DNA from: a virus
DNA length: 64,000 nt
IMG/VR virus record: IMGVR_UViG_3300035701_000003
Direction: 5' to 3' (one strand)
The translations under genes were made by a program, and so were the position numbers. This document shows, in pieces, positions 20,053 to 28,260 of the stretch (its first letter is position 1; the number at the start of each line of letters is the position of its first letter). The notes under the pieces are model-generated. The model did no database searches, was not told the DNA's origin, and worked only from the letters and a program-made list of their open reading frames with translations.

Positions 20053-20176
20053 AATACGTCTTATTTCAAGCATAAATGGTCTATAAACAACTTCTATAGT
20101 AAACATGGTATAAAGTATAGGTTTAACGAATAACAACTGAAAAACTAATTTATAAAGATTATGATTACAAATAACA

Positions 20177-20521
20177 ATGGTTAATATATCCCCTTCTCAT
20201 TACAAACCTTTAAGCGCTAAAATACCCTTAGGTGACCTTTCCTTCAATTTAGATGGCGAAAAGAGTTTTGATAAAGTACCTTCTTTGAAAGATATTTTAC
20301 TTTCTCAAGAAGTATTTTTGGATTTCGAAATAAAAATAAAAGATTGTAAGTATCAAATTAATACTTCTAAAGGGAAAATGCAAAAAGCGAAAGTAGTAAG
20401 TTTCGATGGCAAATACTTTTCCTTCGTTAGCTTTAACTACACGTGTTTTATAATAACGAAAGCTGTCAAAGCATCCGATTATTGTTTATTGGGAAATATT
20501 TTATATAAAGTTCGGAAATAA
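20177..20521 (+). CDS. Hypothetical protein
   Basis: ORF, operon packing. Confidence 0.5.
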   Translation: MVNISPSHYKPLSAKIPLGDLSFNLDGEKSFDKVPSLKDILLSQEVFLDFEIKIKDCKYQINTSKGKMQKAKVVSFDGKYFSFVSFNYTCFIITKAVKASDYCLLGNILYKVRK

Positions 20522-20522
20522 A

Positions 20523-20747
20523 GTGACTTCTATAAGAGTATTAAAAACCCCTAAACGCGGGGAAAAATATTACTACATTGGATGTAGTTTAGGTTTATTC
20601 TCTGTAAAAGAAGAAATTTTTGCTGATGACACAACGGATCAACTGCGTTTGAAGCATTATAACATGTTTGAATTTTCTAGAGATGCTGAAAAAGTGCTTA
20701 AAGAAGTTACTAAGATTTTTGAGGATATAGGAGGTAATAAGTTTTGA
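20523..20747 (+). CDS. Hypothetical protein
   Basis: ORF, coupled to the next gene. Confidence 0.5.
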   Translation: MTSIRVLKTPKRGEKYYYIGCSLGLFSVKEEIFADDTTDQLRLKHYNMFEFSRDAEKVLKEVTKIFEDIGGNKF

Positions 20748-22147
20748 ATAAATATATTTCCTGGAAACTTTTAATAGTTATAGTAGGAGTTATTTGGGCG
20801 TACTCTTCTCATTGGCTTACCGATGATATTTTTATTACCTTTAGATATATCGATAATTTATTAGCTGGTAATGGATTAGTTTACAACGTAGGAGAAAGAG
20901 TTGAAGGGTTTACACATCCATTGTGGTTGACTATGTTAATTCCCTTTCATCCTAATCTTGAATTAGGCGCTCAATTACTCGGGCTATTCTCCTTTGCCGG
21001 AGTGATCTTTCTTCTGACTCGTTCCGGTTGGTTAGCTGCAGCTCTAGTTGTATGTAATATGGATATGCGAATATGGGCAACTGGCGGACTTGAAACGATG
21101 TTCTTTACGTTCCTGATACTTTTATCTGTTTGGGCAGTTCGAGAAAAGAAGAATTGGGTAGGTTGGGTACTATTAGCTATAGTATTAACGAGACCCGATG
21201 GACTTCTAGTAGCAGGTATAGTACTATTATTTACTGGATGGAAGACTGGGAAACCTTTATTACTACTGATTCCCTTTTTAGCCCTAAGATATTTTTACTA
21301 TGGAGACTTATTACCTAATACTTATTACGCTAAATCTGGAGGTAATTTTTTATTTTCTACAGGACTTTATTACATCTGGATTTATATATCTGTCCATGTA
21401 AGTATCTTTTTAGTATTAGCGGGTTTCAAGTTTATTAAGAAAAAAGAAATAGCATTACCAATGGCCCTTATATTTGGCTATCTATTTTTATTTGTAGTAA
21501 TGGTAGGCGGCGATTTTATGTACGGGAGATTTATTACACCAGTAGTACCTTTGATTTATTTTGTTATAGAATACTTTCTACAAACATATAAGAACGTTTT
21601 TATACTTGCTACAGTATTATTATTATCCTTTGTAATCGAAACCGGTCTTAGACAGAATTTGTTTTATGATAACAATCAACATAAACCAGCTTTTATATTA
21701 CATGGTATTACCGATGAAAGTTGGTATTGGACCCACGATTTAGGTAATGGATTTAGTATTAGGGATATGGATAAGATGTCAGGAACAAGTATTAAAAATC
21801 TTTTCGGGGATACTAGATATGTAGTGTTACTTAGAAGCCAATGCGCTTTTGCTTATTACTTGGGAGTAAAACAAACTTGTGTCATGAGTGAGGGTCTAAC
21901 CGATAAATATATCGCTAGATTACCTAGTAATGGCGAGGGTAGAGTAGGGCATGAACGAAAAGCACCCGTGGGATATATTCAAAGGCGCGGGGCCCAATTT
22001 TTATTTAGTAGGGCGCGTTTGAGCGATTACTACCCCGATAAACCCAACATAGGAGGCTTATTCGCCAACTTTCCAATCGGTAATGGATTTCAGATACATG
22101 GAGAAATTTTGAAATACGATTCTTTAGTAGCTTTATTATTCAAATGA
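20744..22147 (+). CDS. Polytopic membrane glycosyltransferase, GT-C fold (arabinofuranosyl/mannosyltransferase-like)
   Basis: DDIFITFRYIDNLLAGNGLVYNVGERVEGFTHPLW, GLET, TRPDG, LPNTYYAK, GGDFM.GRF motifs; about 10 TM segments; GGAGG RBS before TTG. Confidence 0.85.
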   Translation: MNKYISWKLLIVIVGVIWAYSSHWLTDDIFITFRYIDNLLAGNGLVYNVGERVEGFTHPLWLTMLIPFHPNLELGAQLLGLFSFAGVIFLLTRSGWLAAALVVCNMDMRIWATGGLETMFFTFLILLSVWAVREKKNWVGWVLLAIVLTRPDGLLVAGIVLLFTGWKTGKPLLLLIPFLALRYFYYGDLLPNTYYAKSGGNFLFSTGLYYIWIYISVHVSIFLVLAGFKFIKKKEIALPMALIFGYLFLFVVMVGGDFMYGRFITPVVPLIYFVIEYFLQTYKNVFILATVLLLSFVIETGLRQNLFYDNNQHKPAFILHGITDESWYWTHDLGNGFSIRDMDKMSGTSIKNLFGDTRYVVLLRSQCAFAYYLGVKQTCVMSEGLTDKYIARLPSNGEGRVGHERKAPVGYIQRRGAQFLFSRARLSDYYPDKPNIGGLFANFPIGNGFQIHGEILKYDSLVALLFK

Positions 22148-22218
22148 ATAGGTTGTTTGGTTTTAAATCGGAGAAAAACGAAAATACTAGACGACTTAAC
22201 TTATAAATAGGAGGTAAT

Positions 22219-22533
22219 ATGAAAAATAGCATGAGGGACAGAATAATAAATTGTTTAAACTTATTAAAAGAAGAAACTAATAAAAGACTCACAATCTATA
22301 ATCAAGGCATAGATTTAATTAATTATGAAAATAATTATACAAAAGTTGCATTGGATTTGATTACATTTAATCTATTTTTAATGAATAAAAAAACTAAAAA
22401 AAGTGAAGAAGATATAAAAGAGGAAATCGGGTGGTGGTTATATGAAGATGTCGAAAAGAAATATTGGGTGGGTAAAAAAGAATATGATGTAAAGGATGCT
22501 AAAGATTTTATAAAATTCATGTTGGAGAAATGA
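22219..22533 (+). CDS. Hypothetical protein
   Basis: AGGAGG RBS; IGWWLYE motif. Confidence 0.6.
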   Translation: MKNSMRDRIINCLNLLKEETNKRLTIYNQGIDLINYENNYTKVALDLITFNLFLMNKKTKKSEEDIKEEIGWWLYEDVEKKYWVGKKEYDVKDAKDFIKFMLEK

Positions 22534-22725
22534 ATATGACACAATTACAAGTAAAAAGATTATTAAGACAAAATAAACTAAAATGGAGCGGTTTTTCTAA
22601 ATGGATGAATGGTCAAACTGTTAAAATGAAATTTGGTAAAATTGATTACTATTCGGCCGATGTTCTTAGATATATAGATATGAAAATTAAAAAAAAATAA
22701 AATACAACTTAAAATATGGTATATT

Positions 22726-23042
22726 ATGAATTGGATGTTAATAAAAGAGAAATACAAAAAGGGATATAGATTGTGGATGCAAAACGAATTCCCTGATATT
22801 GAGGAAGATTCATTAACCCTTATGGGTTTACCAGAAAATTATAACAATAGAAATCTCTACGACTTCTTTGATGAGCAGGGGATATATATATAAACGTATA
22901 TAAATACTCTGCCAAATGGTGGGCTTGTGATATTGCCTCAAAGAAAGTAGATGAATCAGAAATACAATTCCATTCTCACACACTCGCAGAAGAACAAGCA
23001 TTTCTTAAAGCGTTTGAAATATTAGAGGAGAAGCTAAAGTGA
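22726..23042 (+). pseudogene. Small gene frameshifted in an (AT)5 run
   Basis: Reads ...LYDFFDEQGIYI then TAA at 22891; deleting one AT restores INVYKYSAKWW...AEEQAFLKAFEILEEKLK. Confidence 0.6.
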
Positions 23043-23096
23043 AGCGAAACAGAAAAGTAACTATATTTAATAGATAACAAATTAGGAAGTTTAATT

Positions 23097-23390
23097 ATGA
23101 TAGAAGATTTAACACCTTTGATAGAAGCCGCTACTAATGAATTTCAAATTACTTTGAATTACTTAAAAAAGACTACCGGAGAATTTGTAACTCACACTGG
23201 CGGTATTTATGAAATAGGCCCCGACAAGAACACAGGAGCAACTGTTATATGGTTATGGGATACTGCGCTAAATGATACTATAAGAAAATTTTTGCCAGAG
23301 AATGTTCAAAGTTTTCAAGTATTAGGTATCAAGTTTTTTAGACCACAACCATGGCCTATTAAAATTAATGGGGCTATAGTAGTACCTTAA
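23097..23390 (+). CDS. Hypothetical protein
   Basis: ORF with AGGA RBS. Confidence 0.55.
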   Translation: MIEDLTPLIEAATNEFQITLNYLKKTTGEFVTHTGGIYEIGPDKNTGATVIWLWDTALNDTIRKFLPENVQSFQVLGIKFFRPQPWPIKINGAIVVP

Positions 23391-23579
23391 ATGCCCTTAC
23401 GTTTTATTTATCATATTTACAAGACCTCTGAAAAGAGTTTATGCGGTAAACCTCATAAAGATATATTAGGGATAGATATGGATTACGATCAAATTCTAAA
23501 AGTGGTAGAAGAAGCTAATGGATTTATTAGTTTATGCAAGATTTGTGAATCTATAAAAAAGAAGGAAGAAAAGAAATGA
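23391..23579 (+). CDS. Small zinc-binding hypothetical protein
   Basis: H...LCG...LCKIC. Confidence 0.5.
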   Translation: MPLRFIYHIYKTSEKSLCGKPHKDILGIDMDYDQILKVVEEANGFISLCKICESIKKKEEKK

Positions 23580-24121
23580 AATTATGTATTATAATTGATG
23601 GAGAAGAATTATTTTTCGATGCTAAAACATTTGAAATAACTAACAACCGTTATGGAGACGTCGATGTAGCGATTGAGGTTTGTACCGAAGATTATATTAA
23701 AAGTCCCTTACTGCCCGCGGTTGATACAAATATTAAGTACAAAGTGCCTGGTTTAAGAAAACCCTCACGCGGGGGTATTTCTAGCGACACTACTGAAACT
23801 TTTCCTACCAAGTTTCCTTTAGTAGATGTTAAGGATAACTTATTATTTATTTTAAGAGCCGAACGTAACCTACATGTGGTAGGGGCATTGAACCCAGAAG
23901 AAGGTTACGAAGCCGTGGAGAAAGTTATAGTGACCCCTGCTATATCTTGGAATAATGATAACTATTATGAAACGATGGAGAATCTAATTAAAAACTTAGT
24001 AAAAACAGAAAAGGAAATTATAGGGGAAGATTTCTTTCTTATATTAGAAGCACCTATGGTGTTAAATAATTTAAAAGAATGTTACGTTGAAGAAAAAGTT
24101 AAAATATTTAAGAAAAAATAA
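23576..24121 (+). CDS. Hypothetical protein
   Basis: ATGA coupling. Confidence 0.55.
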   Translation: MKLCIIIDGEELFFDAKTFEITNNRYGDVDVAIEVCTEDYIKSPLLPAVDTNIKYKVPGLRKPSRGGISSDTTETFPTKFPLVDVKDNLLFILRAERNLHVVGALNPEEGYEAVEKVIVTPAISWNNDNYYETMENLIKNLVKTEKEIIGEDFFLILEAPMVLNNLKECYVEEKVKIFKKK

Positions 24122-24473
24122 CGTAAGAGGTTCCCTTTGGAAAATGGGACCTTTATCCCGACTTCGTTTCGATAAAATCTCTGAATTGTATCATAACGAG
24201 TTGTTTACTGTAGTTCCTCGAAGCGTTGATATAAGACAAGGTATATTTCCTGATGATCAAGGCATGAATAAAAAGAGTGTTATATTATGGGATAATGTTT
24301 TCAGTTTAATCACGTTTCCGGATGACAAATATAAAATTATTTCCGTTGAAATCCCCCACTATATTAAGTATTCTAGATTACACCGTTTAATAGGATCTAC
24401 CTATACCCTCCCTTATATTTCCAACAAATGGAAATTAGAAGAAGTTACTTCTTTACCTTTGTATAGCACTTAA
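24087..24473 (+). CDS. Hypothetical protein
   Basis: ORF; start uncertain. Confidence 0.45.
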   Translation: MKKKLKYLRKNNVRGSLWKMGPLSRLRFDKISELYHNELFTVVPRSVDIRQGIFPDDQGMNKKSVILWDNVFSLITFPDDKYKIISVEIPHYIKYSRLHRLIGSTYTLPYISNKWKLEEVTSLPLYST

Positions 24474-24723
24474 AAGTTCACGTGTGTTTTAAAGTATATA
24501 AGTTTTAACTATTAAGATAGGAATTATATGTATGTATTTGTTATAGGAATACTTTGTTTTATAACGGGAATTTTTGTATCCCCTTTTGTTTCTATCAAAT
24601 CAGCTTTTCTAATTGGAAGAGTAGCCGGTTTTTGCGAAGGTTTAATTAAAAAAGTTAAATAAAAAAGAGAAAAGTTATTCTGTTAAGGAGTAACGTTTTT
24701 ATTTCACAAATAGAGGTAATCTT

Positions 24724-25470
24724 ATGAAAGCGACTACTAAATTGCTTATTAAATCACTAACCTTCTGCTTCGCGGTAACTGCCTTGTTTTATGTAGCTTG
24801 TCTTAAAATCTTTATACCGAGTGTTCAGGGACTACCGACGAATCCTTATACTTCTAATTCTTATGAGTTATCTTTAGTTAATGCTGACTTGGGTATGTAT
24901 GATTACATTTCTGATGTTACTAAGTTAACTATATTAACTGCTATGGATTCCGCTCACAAAAAATTCCCCGATGTGCCTATTGGGTTAATGCACGCTATTA
25001 CTAGAACCGAATCTGAGTATCGTTTCTGGATTGATCATCCTATTGTTAAAGTTAGTGTAAAAGGGAAATTAGTAACTACTAACGCTATAGGTTTAGGTGG
25101 AGTTATATGGGACTTTTGGAGTGATTCTCTTATTGCTCACGGCATAGCTTATAACAGATCTGACCTTTATATTCCCAATGTTGGTATAATGGCGGAGGCG
25201 TGTATATTACATATTATAATTAAAGATGTGATGAGCAATTTACCGAAAGAAACTAGTATTCTTTCACGAATACAATCTCAATATTATGGCGCCTATAGTA
25301 ATATATATATGAGTAGGATGCAACAAGTAACTTCCGACCTTTGGATGAAGCGAATGGCAAGAGAGATAAAGGACGTGTATTTAAACATTAATAAGTTGGT
25401 AGTACCACTAACGGATACTATACCGAGTTGTTATAAAATTTCGGAAGGGCAAAAGGAGTTAAAGAAATGA
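24724..25470 (+). CDS. Lytic transglycosylase (SLT/lysozyme-like) with N-terminal membrane anchor
   Basis: AITRTESEYR catalytic Glu motif, AIGLGGV, N-terminal hydrophobic helix. Confidence 0.7.
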   Translation: MKATTKLLIKSLTFCFAVTALFYVACLKIFIPSVQGLPTNPYTSNSYELSLVNADLGMYDYISDVTKLTILTAMDSAHKKFPDVPIGLMHAITRTESEYRFWIDHPIVKVSVKGKLVTTNAIGLGGVIWDFWSDSLIAHGIAYNRSDLYIPNVGIMAEACILHIIIKDVMSNLPKETSILSRIQSQYYGAYSNIYMSRMQQVTSDLWMKRMAREIKDVYLNINKLVVPLTDTIPSCYKISEGQKELKK

Positions 25471-25667
25471 TAATGTTTATATCGGGCTGGATAGTTGGTT
25501 ATATAGTTATTATAGTAGCACTTTGGATGGGTATTAGTTATATATTCAAAGAACAGGAAGAAATGAAAGATATACAAACCGAATCTGATTTATTTAATTT
25601 TAGGAAGAAGAAATGATTCGGGTAATAATAGCAGTTGTTATTATACTTTATTTATTTAACTAAATCT

Positions 25668-26426
25668 ATGAATAATGTACCTTTTGATCTTTTAGGTAAA
25701 TCACCTTGTAAATATCATATAGCCTTTACAGGTTCTTTAACTGCTGGTAAGAGTACTTCCGCCCAAGCTGCTCAATTTCTTTTATCCCCTTTTTATAAAG
25801 TACATGTGTGTCATTTTGCTTACGACTTAAAGAAAATAGCTACTGAACATTTTGGGTGGGACGGCAAGAAGGATGATAAAGGAAGGCGGTTATTACAAGC
25901 TATAGGTCAAGAAGTAGGAAGAGATTATGACCCTTGGATATGGGTAAGAAAGTCCTTAGAAAGAGAAAGAGAATTATTTGGGGCTAGAATAGGTCAGGAA
26001 GATTGTATTGCTATTTATGATGATTTAAGGTATGATAATGAGGCAGCTTGGATTAAAGATGTTACAGCTGACTGCGCGGGTTTAATTATTTATGTAAGCG
26101 ATAATATTGAGAAGGATGCATCTGTTCTTAATCACGAGTCAGAGAGAGGACTTTCTTTTCATAAGGCTAACTACCGCATCCACAATAATTATAATGCAGT
26201 CGCTTTGGTAAACGCTATTTGGGCTATGCTAAATAGTTATGGATTTCATACTTTAAGAAGGGATATAGAAACTTCTCCTATTGAAAATGTCTTAAAAGAT
26301 AAGTGCCCTTATCATTTTGTAGTGTACGGGAGGTTATATGCGTGGGTAACCTCCCCCCACTTTATGGCAGACGAAGTTACTATTTGTCCTCATTGTAAAT
26401 TTATATTATCCAATAAAAAGGAGTAA
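25668..26426 (+). CDS. Deoxynucleoside monophosphate kinase (T4 gp1-like)
   Basis: P-loop GSLTAGKST, FAYDLK, RRLLQAIGQEVGR, DDLRYDNEA. Confidence 0.85.
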   Translation: MNNVPFDLLGKSPCKYHIAFTGSLTAGKSTSAQAAQFLLSPFYKVHVCHFAYDLKKIATEHFGWDGKKDDKGRRLLQAIGQEVGRDYDPWIWVRKSLERERELFGARIGQEDCIAIYDDLRYDNEAAWIKDVTADCAGLIIYVSDNIEKDASVLNHESERGLSFHKANYRIHNNYNAVALVNAIWAMLNSYGFHTLRRDIETSPIENVLKDKCPYHFVVYGRLYAWVTSPHFMADEVTICPHCKFILSNKKE

Positions 26427-26429
26427 TAA

Positions 26430-27233
26430 ATGCCAGACGAATCGACAAAAAAATGTAATTGTATTTGGTGGGCTTTAGGTACCCTCGTAATAGCCTGTTT
26501 AGGGGTACTACTTTATATGCACGTTCTCACTCTTCAAAAGAATTTAGAAATAGCCCGTCAAAACCTTGCGGCAGCGAAGGATTCTGTACGTTATTATCAA
26601 ACTCAGTATGGTATATTTACTCAAAAATACGTGAGAGTAATTACAGATAAAGATAGTTTAGCTCAACTCTTAGAAAAACAAAATAGGGAATTAGTAGTAT
26701 ATCAGGAAATGAATACACGATTACTTTTACAGTTAAAAGAAACTCAATCTCACGTAACACAAATAGATGAAAATACCTTAATGTCGCCTATTTATAACAC
26801 TTACAGAGATCCGGGGTTAGTAGTTAATATTTATGATACCGTAACCTTTAGAAGAGCTAATTTAGAAGCGCCTTGGGTTTCTTATAGTAAACCTACCGTG
26901 GAAGCTTTAATGTATTACAGAATGGTAATCTTTAAAGACGAAAAGGGATTATTAACCGGTTCTGTTGAAACTTTCTCTCCTTATCTTAAAGCTACTAAAC
27001 TCTCCACAAGTATAGTAGATAACTATATTCCCCCTTCTTGCACCGACGAATTTCCCAAAGTATTTGGTTTTTCTATGGGGGGTAGTAGCCAATCTGTAGA
27101 CCTTGGTATCTTTCTACGTGTTGGTTCTTGGGGTATTAACCCCGCTTATTCTTTTATGATGCGATCCTATGAGGGGTTCCATCCTAAAGCATATGATAAA
27201 TTAAGATTAAACATTGTTAAATTTATATGGTGA
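26430..27233 (+). CDS. Membrane-anchored coiled-coil protein (spanin-like?)
   Basis: N-terminal TM helix, coiled coil, C-terminal beta-rich tail. Confidence 0.5.
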   Translation: MPDESTKKCNCIWWALGTLVIACLGVLLYMHVLTLQKNLEIARQNLAAAKDSVRYYQTQYGIFTQKYVRVITDKDSLAQLLEKQNRELVVYQEMNTRLLLQLKETQSHVTQIDENTLMSPIYNTYRDPGLVVNIYDTVTFRRANLEAPWVSYSKPTVEALMYYRMVIFKDEKGLLTGSVETFSPYLKATKLSTSIVDNYIPPSCTDEFPKVFGFSMGGSSQSVDLGIFLRVGSWGINPAYSFMMRSYEGFHPKAYDKLRLNIVKFIW

Positions 27234-27236
27234 CTT

Positions 27237-27458
27237 ATGCCAAAAGGTATTTTAAAATTTGATTTAAGCGATGCTTTTGAAGAAGAGCTGTTTAAATTGG
27301 CTGTAAAAAGCAAAGATTTTTATTTTGCTGTTCAAGAATTTGATCAATATCTTAGAACAGAAGCTAAATATATGAATGATAAAAAAGCCCGAGAAATGAG
27401 AGAGTTATTATATGCTTACTTAGGGGATCATGGTGTAAATTTAGACATGCTATCATGA
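27237..27458 (+). CDS. Conserved small phage hypothetical protein
   Basis: MPKGILKFDL...FDQYLRTEAKY...RELL pattern. Confidence 0.6.
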   Translation: MPKGILKFDLSDAFEEELFKLAVKSKDFYFAVQEFDQYLRTEAKYMNDKKAREMRELLYAYLGDHGVNLDMLS

Positions 27459-27463
27459 AATAA

Positions 27464-27476
27464 CGTGTATATTATA
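27464..27476 (+). promoter_or_regulatory. CGTGTATATTATA copy 3
   Basis: Exact 13-mer, intergenic, 5 nt before ORF 27482. Confidence 0.55.
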
Positions 27477-27481
27477 CTCAT

Positions 27482-27781
27482 ATGATAGAAGCATATACAA
27501 AAAAAGATAAAAAAGTCTATTCTTTTAATACGAATAACGTTAACGGGGTACTTTATAAATTAAGCGCTTTGAAAATAATTAACACTATTAAATATTTACT
27601 AATAACTACTTTTGAAAATTTATCTACTTATTATTGTAGTAATTGCAAGAAGAGAAGTTACTTTGAAACAAGTATCTTGTTCTTAGATCTTATTTGTAAA
27701 CATTGTAATACTGATAACAATTTATTTTTCGTAGGGTTTAAACCTTCCGAGAAAGGGGTAAAACATAGATATGATATTTGA
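27482..27781 (+). CDS. Zinc-ribbon protein
   Basis: CSNC...CKHC. Confidence 0.55.
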   Translation: MIEAYTKKDKKVYSFNTNNVNGVLYKLSALKIINTIKYLLITTFENLSTYYCSNCKKRSYFETSILFLDLICKHCNTDNNLFFVGFKPSEKGVKHRYDI

Positions 27782-28136
27782 ATTCTCCTCCGAATTACCT
27801 ATAGAAGATTCTACTATAATATTAAAGCATCTTAAAAGTGAAATAGTTACTATAAAAGATTTTGAAGGTAACGAAAGTAAATGTGCTCAATGTATGATGC
27901 CTTTGAAAAACGGCGAAAGAGTATTGCTTTTATATGATACTATAATCCAAGACCAGCAAATAGAAATGAATAAAGAACTTTATATAGTTCATATAAAGAA
28001 TTCCGCGGGGAATCTTTGTTTAGAAGAATTCATTTCTAGATTATTAAATAGCCATTCTCTCCCGGATGGATCTACTGGTGGTAGTGGCGAGTTAACTATT
28101 GTGGGCCCCATCGTAAGCACCCCCAATCCTACCTAA
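27771..28136 (+). CDS. Hypothetical zinc-finger-like protein
   Basis: CAQC...H...C. Confidence 0.5.
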   Translation: MIFEFSSELPIEDSTIILKHLKSEIVTIKDFEGNESKCAQCMMPLKNGERVLLLYDTIIQDQQIEMNKELYIVHIKNSAGNLCLEEFISRLLNSHSLPDGSTGGSGELTIVGPIVSTPNPT

Positions 28137-28260
28137 ATGTGATAAACATTTAGATTTTGTTATATATTAGTTATAAAAGTTTAACTTATTAAGTATAATG
28201 AAGTCTTCCTCCTTAAAATCCAATTGACGACTTAGAGAATTTTATGAGGATAATGTAAAA

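Noticed and set aside
26459-26650. Nested o-spanin inside the spanin-like gene
   Set aside because: No lipobox or Cys after a hydrophobic leader in the alternate frame
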